Assembly: GCA_041690135.1 (NCBI GenBank) | Contig: JAWLHY010000001.1 | Coordinates: 1,248,001-1,312,000 of the forward strand | From: Armatimonadota bacterium | Lineage (GTDB): Bacteria > Armatimonadota > SYMT01 | DNA length: 64,000 bases | Direction: 5' to 3' | Part shown: piece by piece, positions 30,103 through 39,604 of the stretch | Layout: each line of letters opens with the position of its first letter | How positions within the stretch are numbered: the first letter of the stretch is position 1 | Notes under the pieces: generated by a model | Databases searched by the model: none | What the model saw: only the letters and a program-made list of their open reading frames with translations | What the model was told of the DNA's origin: nothing | Position numbers and translations under genes: made by a program

Positions 30103-31857
30103 TTACAGGCGCGGGGCGGCCGGCTTGTTGGGGGCATCCCAGGCGTTCGCGCCCTTCACGGCCAGCTTCCGGCTGTAGACCCGGTCCCCCGAAGTCACGA
30201 AGAGCGTATCGAAGCTCGGACCGCCGATCCGTACGCTCCCGGCGACTTCACCGGGGGTAGGGAAAATGCAGTTCACCCGGCCGGCCTGGTCACACACCTG
30301 AACCCCCAGGCTGGTCGCTACGTAAAGTCGTCCGTCGCGGTCCACGCACATCGCACCGGCGCCGCTGGCATCGGCGGTATCCGGCACGTGCAGCCAGTAG
30401 TACTCCTGCTTGTGACGGAGCGTACCATCCGGCTGGATCTGGTAGCTATAGACCCAATGGCTGTCGGCGTCGGCCACGTAAAGAAGCGTCTGGTCGGGGG
30501 AAAGGGTCACTCCCTGGGCTCGCTGCAGCCCCTTGTCCACCATTTTCTTCTCCCCGTCCGGGCGGACCAGCCACACGCGACTGTCCCCGGCTCCGCTCGG
30601 ACCAGCTTCGGTGACGTAGAGGTTGCCGTTGCTCGCCACCACCAGGTCGGTGCCGCGGATCCCGAAGGCGAGGGGCTTGACCTTTCCGGCTGTGTCCGTA
30701 ACGAGCACCTTGCCGTCGCCGGAGAGGGAATAGAGCCGTCCATCCGCGGCGTAGGCCTGTCCGGCGCCGACCCGCGCGCCGCCTGCCGCCGTGGCCGGTT
30801 TACCGTCCGGGCCGATCCGGTAACCATTGCCTTCGGCATCCGCAAAGAGCACTTCGCCCCTAGGGCTGACCGCCAGGGCACGCGCGGACCGGACCTTCTC
30901 CGCGACCGGCTGCCAGGCAGCGCCCTCGCCGAGGATGTCGTTCATCATCGTGTTCTTGGACTTGCCGGCTTTCACCGGTTCCGGCCAGCCCTTCCACAGC
31001 CAGCGCATCGCGTCCGGGAAAACGGCCGTGCCGTGCTGACCGTTGTGACCGCCTTCGCCCCAGACGTGGGTCACCTCATAGCCGCCCCAGGTGAGGGCGC
31101 GCTCCATCATCTGGTTCGCCATCCACCAGTCGCCGGCGTAGATGTTCAGGTCGTTGCTGCCGTCCTGGAGATAGACCCGCAGCGGCTTCGGCTCATACTT
31201 GCGGATCAGCGTGGGATAGCGGTCGGCGCCGCGCAGGCCTACGTAAGTGCCGATGGCGCTGAACACCCGGCTGAACTGATCGGGGCGCTCCCAGGCCGCG
31301 GTGAAGGCGCATACCGCTCCGCTGCTGGAGCCGCCGATGGCGCGATCGTTCGGGTTCTTGGAGATCCGGATCGCGCGACCGTCGGAGGTTTTCTTGGTCT
31401 CCACTTCCGGCAGGAGCTCCTCGACAAGGAACCGGGCGTACTTGTCGCCCAGCCCGTCGTACTCGTAGCTGCGGTTGAAGCGGTCCAGCGCCTTCTGCCC
31501 GTCCGCCGCCCGCACCCGCCCGTGCTGGACAAAGACGCCGATGGTGACCGGCATCTCCTTCTTGTGGATCAGGTTGTCGAAGACGACCGGAGCCTGCCAC
31601 TGGACCGCGTCCTGGTTGACGTAGAGGCAGGCCGGCTTGTCCGGACTATACTGGGCGGGAACGTAGACCCAGTAGTCGCGGTAGGTGCCGGGGAAGATCT
31701 TCGAGCGTTCGAACGAGAACTTGAGGACCTCCCCCTTGGGCACGCCGGGTTGCGGCTTGGAGTCGGCGGACAGGTCGTTCTGCGCCGTCGCTCGCGATAC
31801 GCCCAGTGTGAGTGCCAGGGGCAGGGCCAGGAAAGAAACCAACTGAAGTCGTGTCAT
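30103..31857 (-). CDS. Secreted esterase + SMP-30/gluconolactonase fusion
   Basis: Signal peptide; RDYWVYVP, RSYEYD and GSSSGA esterase motifs, then beta-propeller (LSPDQTLLYVAD, CVDRDGRLYVAT). Confidence 0.88.
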   Translation of the reverse strand: MTRLQLVSFLALPLALTLGVSRATAQNDLSADSKPQPGVPKGEVLKFSFERSKIFPGTYRDYWVYVPAQYSPDKPACLYVNQDAVQWQAPVVFDNLIHKKEMPVTIGVFVQHGRVRAADGQKALDRFNRSYEYDGLGDKYARFLVEELLPEVETKKTSDGRAIRISKNPNDRAIGGSSSGAVCAFTAAWERPDQFSRVFSAIGTYVGLRGADRYPTLIRKYEPKPLRVYLQDGSNDLNIYAGDWWMANQMMERALTWGGYEVTHVWGEGGHNGQHGTAVFPDAMRWLWKGWPEPVKAGKSKNTMMNDILGEGAAWQPVAEKVRSARALAVSPRGEVLFADAEGNGYRIGPDGKPATAAGGARVGAGQAYAADGRLYSLSGDGKVLVTDTAGKVKPLAFGIRGTDLVVASNGNLYVTEAGPSGAGDSRVWLVRPDGEKKMVDKGLQRAQGVTLSPDQTLLYVADADSHWVYSYQIQPDGTLRHKQEYYWLHVPDTADASGAGAMCVDRDGRLYVATSLGVQVCDQAGRVNCIFPTPGEVAGSVRIGGPSFDTLFVTSGDRVYSRKLAVKGANAWDAPNKPAAPRL

Positions 31858-32151
31858 GGGTATGAACCGGGTCAAGGGACAGGGGAAAGGAGGAGTGGCG
31901 GAGAGCCATTCCACGTCGGGCTCGGGCGTGCCGATCCAACTCCGGATAGAAACCTTCTCCATCAGGGGCGCGAAGTCCTTACCACCGGAGGGGCGCGAGA
32001 AGTCCAGTTCTTGCCCCACAGCGGCAAGGAGCGGGTCCACCAGATTCAATTGTCGGCCACTGCAGCGGGGACCCCTCGCGTGTCAACGGCCTCGCCTACG
32101 GGTAAGGGGATGCCGGGCGCGAAGTCCTGAAATCAGCAAAGGGAGAGGGCG

Positions 32152-33198
32152 ATGCGGAGAGATCAGGGGGGGAACCGGCAAGCAGAGGACGGGCAGTCGC
32201 CGCAAGAGTGGAACGTTGTCGAATTGGTGGTCCAGTCCGGTAAGGACATGTTCACGGACAATGCGCTTCAATGGGCCGCGGCAGTTGCCTACTACACGCT
32301 GCTTTCCGTTTTCCCGCTGCTGCTCGCGGCGGTCTCCATCGCCGGCTTCTTCGTGGATCCGGACTGGGCGGTAGCGCGGACGACACAATTCCTGGGGGAG
32401 TTCGTTCCCCAGGGTGAGCGCTGGATCGAGGATATGGTCCGCGGTTTGCTGGCGGCCCGCGGACCGGCCACTCTACTGTCGCTCGGAGCCCTGCTTTGGA
32501 CGGGCAGCCGGGTGTTCGGGAGCCTGACGCGGGCGCTGAACATCGCCTTCGATGTGGACGAGACGTACAGCTTCGGCAAGCGGCTTCTGGTGGAGCTGGG
32601 ATTCCTGCTGACCCTGGGACTTCTTTTCCCGCTGGCCCTTTCGTCCGGATTTCTGCTCAACCTGGCGCACCAGGCGTTGGGTATCCTCCCCGCCGGAAGA
32701 GAGCAGTTGATGCAGGTACTGAGCGCGGCGGTGCCGGCCCTCCTGCTGCTGCTCACCTTCTTCTTCGTCTACCGGTTTGTCCCGCGCACCCGGCCGGACT
32801 GGAAGGCGGCTCTGGGCGGTTCCGCCGTCGCCACCCTGTTGTTCCTGGTGGCCCGTCCCCTCTTCGCCTACTACGTCCAGGAGTTCGCCAGCTACAATCT
32901 CATCTACGGGTCGCTCTCGATTGTTATTATCCTGTTGGTCTGGACCTGGCTCTCCGCGGTGATCGTGCTGTTTGGCGGCGAGATCGCCTCGCACATCCAG
33001 ATGATGTGGATCGAGGGTAAAGAACCCCGAGAAGTCGAGCGACGCCACGAGGCCCGCTCCCCGGAGCGCCGGGTCAGCGACCGGGCACGGTCGGCGGAAA
33101 CCGGCCTAGGCGAAGCTCCCCCGCCGTCCGCGCGCCGCCACACGCGACAGCGCCCCCGGATCTCCATCGCCCCGCGTCGCCGCCGTCGCGCCGGCTAG
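32152..33198 (+). CDS. YihY/BrkB family membrane protein
   Basis: AAVAYYTLLSVFP, ALN.AF, YRFVP and YNLIYGSL...LLVW motifs. Confidence 0.93.
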   Translation: MRRDQGGNRQAEDGQSPQEWNVVELVVQSGKDMFTDNALQWAAAVAYYTLLSVFPLLLAAVSIAGFFVDPDWAVARTTQFLGEFVPQGERWIEDMVRGLLAARGPATLLSLGALLWTGSRVFGSLTRALNIAFDVDETYSFGKRLLVELGFLLTLGLLFPLALSSGFLLNLAHQALGILPAGREQLMQVLSAAVPALLLLLTFFFVYRFVPRTRPDWKAALGGSAVATLLFLVARPLFAYYVQEFASYNLIYGSLSIVIILLVWTWLSAVIVLFGGEIASHIQMMWIEGKEPREVERRHEARSPERRVSDRARSAETGLGEAPPPSARRHTRQRPRISIAPRRRRRAG

Positions 33199-33210
33199 AA
33201 GCTAACTGAC

Positions 33211-33777
33211 CTAGCCGGTCAGCCGGTCTTCATCCTCGACCTCATCCTCATCCTCGCCGGTCTCCGGATCGAACTCTCCCAGCACGGCATCGGCCAGGTC
33301 ATCTTCGTTCAGCGTGGCGTCATGCAGGTCCGCTCCTATCAGAGCCGCGCTCTCCAGATCGGCGCCGCGCAGGTCGGCGTGGCGCAGGTCGGCATGATGG
33401 AGATCCGCCCCCACCAGGTCGGCTCCCTGAAGGTCTGCGCCCTCCAGGTTGGCATCGTGAAGATCCGCCTCCGCCAGGATCGCCTCGTGGAGGTTGGCGT
33501 GTTCCAGGTCCGCTCCGGCCAGCGTGCTCTCTTCCAGGTCCGCCCCCTCCAGGTTTGCGTCCCGCAGGATGGCGTTGTCCAGGACGGCCCCCGTGAGATC
33601 CGCCTCCGCCAGGTCTGCTCCGGTCAGGTCGGCGTCTTCGAGGTTGGCGCTCGCGAGGTGCGCGCCGTGAAGATCCGCGCCGCACAGGTCGGCGTGGCGC
33701 AGGTTAATCCCTTCTAGCGTCTCCGCCGTCACGGCACGCAACAGCAATCCGGTGTCCTTCTGCCTGATCTCGATCAT
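33211..33777 (-). CDS. Acidic pentapeptide repeat protein
   Basis: Continuous A(D/N)Lxx repeats; GGAG RBS; acidic tail. Confidence 0.92.
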   Translation of the reverse strand: MIEIRQKDTGLLLRAVTAETLEGINLRHADLCGADLHGAHLASANLEDADLTGADLAEADLTGAVLDNAILRDANLEGADLEESTLAGADLEHANLHEAILAEADLHDANLEGADLQGADLVGADLHHADLRHADLRGADLESAALIGADLHDATLNEDDLADAVLGEFDPETGEDEDEVEDEDRLTG

Positions 33778-33922
33778 CTTCGTATCTCCCGGCGCCCCCG
33801 GGCCTACCGCGCGTGGGAGCCGACACGTGGATGGTTTCAACCCCGTGAAACCGAACTCTGAATTCACTACTACCGTCAGGATGCCCGTCCCCCGAGGGGT
33901 TGACGCGAAGAGGATGATTTGG

Positions 33923-34195
33923 ATGTAGCAGGGTTTGGAGACGGTCGACTGACCGGACTGAACCACGCTTACGGACCGGCTACCGGCGTTCCGGTGTTGC
34001 TGCGCGCTTGCCTCCGGAACGGATGGCGAACTGGAGGAGGCACTCCGGCAGGCATGGGGCATCCTCTGGCACCAGGGGACTGTTTTCGAGGCGAGCGCCG
34101 CCGCGGTGCCTTACCTTCTCGAGATGCTCACCCACCCGGAGGCGCCCGAGAAGGCGGAACTCGTGCTGCTCCTCCAGGTCCTGGCGACCGGTTGA
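33923..34195 (+). pseudogene. Decayed gene of the W..L.HAYG / HQGT family (HEAT-like)
   Basis: Reconstructs to M*QGLETVD(W)TGLNHAYGPATGVPVLLRA/LASG...ILWHQGTVFEASAAAVPYLLEML with one stop codon and two frameshifts. Confidence 0.7.
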
Positions 34196-34385
34196 CCTCG
34201 GACCGAACACCGAACGCCGGAGGGGAACCCGACCCGCGAAGCGGTGCAAATGGAAGCGGCGAGAGGGCTCCGGCAATTCTCGGGCAACACGGGACCGGGT
34301 TGACACCGTATAAATTCTCTGCACGGATCGCTCATCCGCCCACTAAGCCCCACCGGCAATAAGCTCGTTCGCACAAAGAATCTTG

Positions 34386-36329
34386 ATGTCCGAAACTCCC
34401 AAACGGCAGCGACCCCTCTGGCTTGGATTCGTTGGGGCTGTCACCGCAGGTGCTCTTGGGGTCGGCGGTTTTCTGCTCCTCTCAAAACAGCGGCCCGCAA
34501 ACCCGGTGCCCCGGCGCACGACCGCTCACGAAGATGCATCCGCGCGCGAGCAATCGCTGCGTTCCGCCGCCCAGGCCGCGCCGTCGGACCCGGAGGCGCA
34601 GCTTAGCCTCGTTCGGTTCCTGCTTCAGAGCCGGCGCGCCTATGAGGCTCTCGACGTCACGCGGGCCGCGCAGCGCTTATTCACAGAAAGCCTGCCCTTG
34701 CGCCTGGCCCACGCGGATCTCCTCGCCGCTACGGGGCGTCTGCCGGAAGCGGCAGCGGAGCTCGGGAAAGTTCGCGACGAGCCCGAGGCGGCCGTAGCTG
34801 CTGCGGGATACCTCCTTCGGGACGGCCAGCGCGAGGCGGCACTCCAGCGCCTTCGCACCCTCAAGGATCCGCGCCCGGAAACGGCTCTACTGGCGGCCCA
34901 AACAGCCCTGGATGCGGCGGCTCCGGAACTGGCGCTCGAGATCGTTGAGCCTGCGCTGGCCGTGCGACGTGACGATCTGGAACTTCGCACCACCGCGGGG
35001 CTGGCGCAGTTAGCTTTGGGCCGTTATCCCGAAGCGGTGAATACCCTCGAGCCTGCGGTGGAGAGGGCGCCCCAGGTTCCCGTCCTGCGATACTACCTGG
35101 GAAGCGCCCTGCGTCTTTCCGGGAACTTGAAACGCTTGAGTGAAGCAGAAGAGCATTTGCGGCGCGCCGTTGAGCTGGCTCCGCGAGAAGGGCTGTTCTT
35201 CTACGAACTGGCACTCGCTCGCGTCCAACTGCGTGCATGGCGGGAGGCTCGGGTCGCCATGGAGCGGTGCGTGGAGCTGATGCCGGAGCTTCCGGAGGCG
35301 CAGCGGGATCTCGCGCGGATCTACGAGCGTGTGAGCCCGCCGGACACGGTTGGTGCCGGACTGGCGCGAGCCCGGCATCGCCTCCTGCTTCAGGACCCCC
35401 GCGGCGCGGTAGCGGAATTGGAACCTCACCATCGCAAATCTCCGGGAGAGGCAAAGGTGGTGTTGCTCCTCGCCCTAGCGAGCCACCAGGCGGGAAATAC
35501 GGACCGCTCCGTCGTCCTGCTGACCCGCTTTCGGGAGCGCGACCCGGCAAACGCGGAAGTGGTCCGGGAGCTTCTTCGCGCGCAGCGCGCGGCGAAGAGT
35601 TACGAGGCGGCACTCCACACACTGGAAAAAGCCGCGCCGGATACGGGGGACACGGAGATCCTCAAGGAGAAGTCCGAGCTGCTACAGACGGTGCAGCGAT
35701 ACCCGGAAGCCGAGGCCGTGCTTGTCCGGCTCCGAGACAACGAGCCGGAGAACGCCACCCGGCACTTTGAGCTGGGTCTGTTTCTTACACTCTGGTCGCG
35801 CCGGACCGACCGTATGCAGGCGGCGGAAGCAGCGTTCCGCGAGGCCCTCCGCCTTCAGCCGGACTACGTCGGTCCCCACTACCGCCTGGGTCTCCTCTGT
35901 GAAAGCAGCGGGCGGCCCCAGGAAGCGGTGCGTCACCTGAGACGCGCCCACGAACTGGCACCCGAACTTTGGGAGGCGCTGCGCCCCCTGGGCCGGGCTT
36001 ATTCCCGCCTCGGGGATACCGAGCGCGCCAACGATTGCTTCGCTGTCTTTCGCCGGAACCAGACCCGCGATGAAGAGCGAAACCGCTTGGAGTTGCTGAA
36101 CACCCGGGGGAGAGCCACCCCCGCATCACGGCGGGAACTGATCCGGTTCTATCTCGCCACGGGAGCCGTGGGGCCGGCACTGCGGGAATTGGAGGCGTTG
36201 GTGCATTTCGATCCCACCGGGCGCCAATCTCGCGCGGAACTGGTGCGCTACTTCGGGCGCGCACGACGGTTCCAGCGACAGTTCGAAGAACGACTGGCGA
36301 GCCGATCGGCTGGGGAGCGCAAGCCATGA
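34386..36329 (+). CDS. Membrane-anchored TPR protein
   Basis: N-terminal TM helix, then many TPR motifs; ATGA overlap with the next gene. Confidence 0.88.
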   Translation: MSETPKRQRPLWLGFVGAVTAGALGVGGFLLLSKQRPANPVPRRTTAHEDASAREQSLRSAAQAAPSDPEAQLSLVRFLLQSRRAYEALDVTRAAQRLFTESLPLRLAHADLLAATGRLPEAAAELGKVRDEPEAAVAAAGYLLRDGQREAALQRLRTLKDPRPETALLAAQTALDAAAPELALEIVEPALAVRRDDLELRTTAGLAQLALGRYPEAVNTLEPAVERAPQVPVLRYYLGSALRLSGNLKRLSEAEEHLRRAVELAPREGLFFYELALARVQLRAWREARVAMERCVELMPELPEAQRDLARIYERVSPPDTVGAGLARARHRLLLQDPRGAVAELEPHHRKSPGEAKVVLLLALASHQAGNTDRSVVLLTRFRERDPANAEVVRELLRAQRAAKSYEAALHTLEKAAPDTGDTEILKEKSELLQTVQRYPEAEAVLVRLRDNEPENATRHFELGLFLTLWSRRTDRMQAAEAAFREALRLQPDYVGPHYRLGLLCESSGRPQEAVRHLRRAHELAPELWEALRPLGRAYSRLGDTERANDCFAVFRRNQTRDEERNRLELLNTRGRATPASRRELIRFYLATGAVGPALRELEALVHFDPTGRQSRAELVRYFGRARRFQRQFEERLASRSAGERKP

Positions 36330-38032
36330 CGCGGAAGTGTGTGCGTTTGCTCCTCCTGCTCCCTCTGACTGCAGCCTGGTCCGGTTGCAGGACCGCGCCC
36401 CGGAAGGTCGCTCCGACCTCGGGCGCCGCGGCAGTGTCTCCAACCGCTCCGATCCGGTTCGAAGACGTGACCGCCGCGGCGGGGATCCGTTTCACCCATT
36501 TCACCGGGGCCGACGGCCGGTATCTGCTGCCCGAGTCGATCGGGGGCGGTGGAGCTTTCCTCGATTATGACGCGGATGGTCACCTCGACCTGTTCCTGGT
36601 CAATGGAGCGAGTTGGCCGGACGGTCCAAAGCGACACACGCCTCCCGCCCTATATCGGAACCGCGGGGACGGGACTTTTGAAGAAGTTACGAAACAGGCC
36701 GGGTTGAACCACTCCCTTCCGGGCATGGGATGCGCGGTCGGCGATTTTGACAACGATGGTCACGACGACCTGCTCGTCACCTGCCTGGGCCCGAACCGCC
36801 TCTACCGGAACCTGGGAAACGGTCGCTTTCAAGATGTTACCGCGGGCAGCGGACTCGGGACGGTGCCGCGCTGGAGTTGGCACACCAGCGCGGCATGGAC
36901 GGATTACGACCGGGATGGGTTGCTGGACCTGTTTCTCTGCCGATACGTGTCCTGGTCGCCGGAAAAGGACGTGCCCTGCCGGAGCAAGACCGGGAAGCGG
37001 ACTTATTGCGGACCGGAGTTCTATCCTGGGGATCGGCCGGTTCTTTACCGGAACCTGGGTCGGGGACGGTTCGAAGACGTGAGTGCCCGCACGGGCATTG
37101 CCTCCGCCGTTGGGAAAGGCCTTGGAATCGTTCCCGTGGATGAAAATGAGGATGGCTGGGTCGACCTGGCGGTGGCCAACGACATGACGCCCAATTTCCT
37201 GTTTCGCAATGAGGCGGGAAAGCGATTCGTGGAGGTAGGGCAGGAATCGGGTCTCGCCGTGGGGGAGAGCGGCCGGCCGCGTGCCGGCATGGGGATCGAC
37301 ATCGCCGATACCCGGAACGACGGCCGTCTATCCGTAGCCATCGGCAACTTCGCCAACGAGGGGCTGGCGCTCTTTTCCCAGGAAGGTGGCCTCTATTCGG
37401 ACCAGGCGGGACCGGCGGGTCTGCTGCCGGAGAGCCTTTCTCGTCTGACCTTCGGTCTCATGTTCTTGGACGCGGACCGGGACGGTTGGCAGGACCTGTT
37501 TGCCTTCAACGGACACGTCAATCCGCTGGTGGCCGAAGAGGGTGAAGAAGGCGAAGGCGCCACCTATCGCCAGTCGCCCCTGCTCTTCCGGAACTCTCGG
37601 GGGCAGTATACGAACGTCAGTGCGACGGCCGGTCCGGCGATCCAACAGCCACAGGTGGGCCGGGGATGCGCGTGGGGGGACTTCGACAATAACGGTCACC
37701 CGGATCTGCTCCTCTGTGAGAACGGGGGGCCGGCGCGTCTGCTGCGCAACACTACGGACGATGCGCACCACTGGCTGGGTATCCAGTTACAGGGTCGAAG
37801 CAGCAATCGGAACGGCTACGGAGCGGAGGTCCGGCTGACCGCCGGAGGCGTCACACAGCGCCGTTGGGTGCGCAGTGGCGCCAGCTACCTTTCGCACAGC
37901 GATTCGCGTGCCCTGTTCGGCCTGGGACCCCAAGCCTCGGTGGATCGCCTGGAGGTCCGCTGGCCCTCGGGAAAGACGACCGTCCAGGAGGGCATAGCCG
38001 CCGACCGCTACCTTCAGGTTCGCGAGCCGTAA
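36326..38032 (+). CDS. CRTAC1 / ASPIC-UnbV FG-GAP lipoprotein
   Basis: WSGC lipobox; repeated DxDxDGxxDL; C-terminal SYLS...FGLG...VRWPSG. Confidence 0.93.
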   Translation: MTRKCVRLLLLLPLTAAWSGCRTAPRKVAPTSGAAAVSPTAPIRFEDVTAAAGIRFTHFTGADGRYLLPESIGGGGAFLDYDADGHLDLFLVNGASWPDGPKRHTPPALYRNRGDGTFEEVTKQAGLNHSLPGMGCAVGDFDNDGHDDLLVTCLGPNRLYRNLGNGRFQDVTAGSGLGTVPRWSWHTSAAWTDYDRDGLLDLFLCRYVSWSPEKDVPCRSKTGKRTYCGPEFYPGDRPVLYRNLGRGRFEDVSARTGIASAVGKGLGIVPVDENEDGWVDLAVANDMTPNFLFRNEAGKRFVEVGQESGLAVGESGRPRAGMGIDIADTRNDGRLSVAIGNFANEGLALFSQEGGLYSDQAGPAGLLPESLSRLTFGLMFLDADRDGWQDLFAFNGHVNPLVAEEGEEGEGATYRQSPLLFRNSRGQYTNVSATAGPAIQQPQVGRGCAWGDFDNNGHPDLLLCENGGPARLLRNTTDDAHHWLGIQLQGRSSNRNGYGAEVRLTAGGVTQRRWVRSGASYLSHSDSRALFGLGPQASVDRLEVRWPSGKTTVQEGIAADRYLQVREP

Positions 38033-38068
38033 CTCACTTCATGTGGACCATTTCCGGATCATGAATTA

Positions 38069-38107
38069 AGGGAGCCGCAACCCATCCCGGTTGCGGCTCC
38101 CTTCTTC
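38069..38107. terminator. Terminator between convergent genes
   Basis: agggagccgcaacc/ggttgcggctccct stem followed by TCTTC. Confidence 0.8.
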
Positions 38108-38127
38108 GTGACTACCCGACCTGGAAA

Positions 38128-38832
38128 TTAATTCAGGTCCCACATGTCCGTGGGGCCACCGATCTGCGGCGAGCCGGCGCGGATCCATACCGAGGACGGC
38201 TTCATTGCCTTGACGTGGCCGTCCAGGAAGGCAATGTTCGCCTGCCCGCTGTGGCGGGCTACCACCGTCTGCGGTCCGCAGCAAGTACCACCCGCCCCGG
38301 GGCTCTGGGCATAGTAGCGCAGTACATTTCCTCCGCCGATGTTCGCCGGGAAGTCCGCATCCGGGTTAGCTTCGTACTGGGCCCACGAAACTCCGGCGTT
38401 GTCGCCGCCGCGGTCCGCGAAGAGGATGGTTTCCGCCGGCTTCTGCACCTGCGCCATCGACTTGATGCCGCCGCTCGCCCAGCCGAACACCGAGTGGTGA
38501 TGGCCGTAGCCGGTGTTGATGCCGGACGACACATCATACCCGACGCTGCTGGGGCACTTCAGCACCTGGTAGTTCTTGATGTAGGGCTGAATGTGTTGGC
38601 CCCAGTACCCTCCGACGCAACTGGCTCCCATACACGACGAAATAATCATTTCGTCGTAGTCCTGGGAATACATGGTCGCTCCGGTGATGATCTGTTTCAG
38701 GTTACTCTTGCACGAGGTCGCGCGAGCAGCCTCGCGGGCGCGAGCAAAGACCGGGAAAAGGATGGCAGCCAGGATGGCGATAATGGCTATGACCACCAAG
38801 AGCTCAATCAGGGTAAACGCACGCTTCTTCAC
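38128..38832 (-). CDS. DUF1559 prepilin-type protein with H-X9-DG motif
   Basis: [28 protein letters not shown]; [16 protein letters not shown]. Confidence 0.95.
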   Translation of the reverse strand: MKKRAFTLIELLVVIAIIAILAAILFPVFARAREAARATSCKSNLKQIITGATMYSQDYDEMIISSCMGASCVGGYWGQHIQPYIKNYQVLKCPSSVGYDVSSGINTGYGHHHSVFGWASGGIKSMAQVQKPAETILFADRGGDNAGVSWAQYEANPDADFPANIGGGNVLRYYAQSPGAGGTCCGPQTVVARHSGQANIAFLDGHVKAMKPSSVWIRAGSPQIGGPTDMWDLN

Positions 38833-39122
38833 GTACTACTCCTCGAAATGGGATTGCGAACGCCACTGTACCTTGCACTTCACTGATACTCCAGGGAGTG
38901 ACGTTCGTGAATGAACGACAGATACTGCAACCCAGAATTGGGCTCACTTGCGCCAGCATCCTCCCTCAAAATGCCGAAACCAGCTCGCCATCTGCAACTC
39001 CTCAAAATCGTCTCTATAAGAGAATATTTCCGCAAGGATCCACGCGGGTTGGATGGCACACTTCAAACAGTGTATGTGATTGGTAACTCACCAGTCTGCT
39101 GGGCGCAAGGTTAAAAAGAGCC

Positions 39123-39589
39123 GTGGAGGAACTGATCGAAGCCGGCGCCGACGTGAACACAGCGGTGGTCTACGACGATACGGTCGAGCCAAACCGGCCC
39201 CGGACTCTGGAAGAGCGGATGCGAGCCCGGCCGCAGGTACCTCTGTGGCTGGCCGCGGGGCAACTCGACACGCTGCAGGACGCCCCTCCCCTGTTCGCGG
39301 CGGCCCGCCTCGGGCACGCGGAAGTGTCCGGGTGCTTGCCCGCGCTGGTGCGGACCTTGAAGCGCGGAAGAGCCCGCGGTCGCTCACGCCGTTGATGTTG
39401 GCCGTGCGCTATGGCCATGTCGCAGCGGCAGAGGCGCTGATCCGGGCTGGAGCGGACGTCAACGCCACCCTCGACGTCAGCACTTACCGCCAGCCCGACC
39501 GGACCGCCCTCTCCATCGCGCGGGTGCGCAACGACCCGGATCTGATCCGGCTGTTGGAAGAGGTCGGCGCGGTGGATCCCGCACCCTGA
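39123..39589 (+). pseudogene. Frameshifted ankyrin repeat gene
   Basis: One frame reads ...PPLFAAARLGHAEV and the repeat continues in another frame as VRVLARAGADLEA...TPLMLAVRYGH; one base missing near 39326. Confidence 0.75.
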
Positions 39590-39604
39590 CGTGGTTTTTT
39601 GACT

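Noticed and set aside
29884-32130. Long antisense ORFs (also 9589-11622, 39170-40786, 53688-55655)
   Set aside because: They shadow well-supported genes on the other strand, a high-GC artefact, and contain no recognisable motifs.
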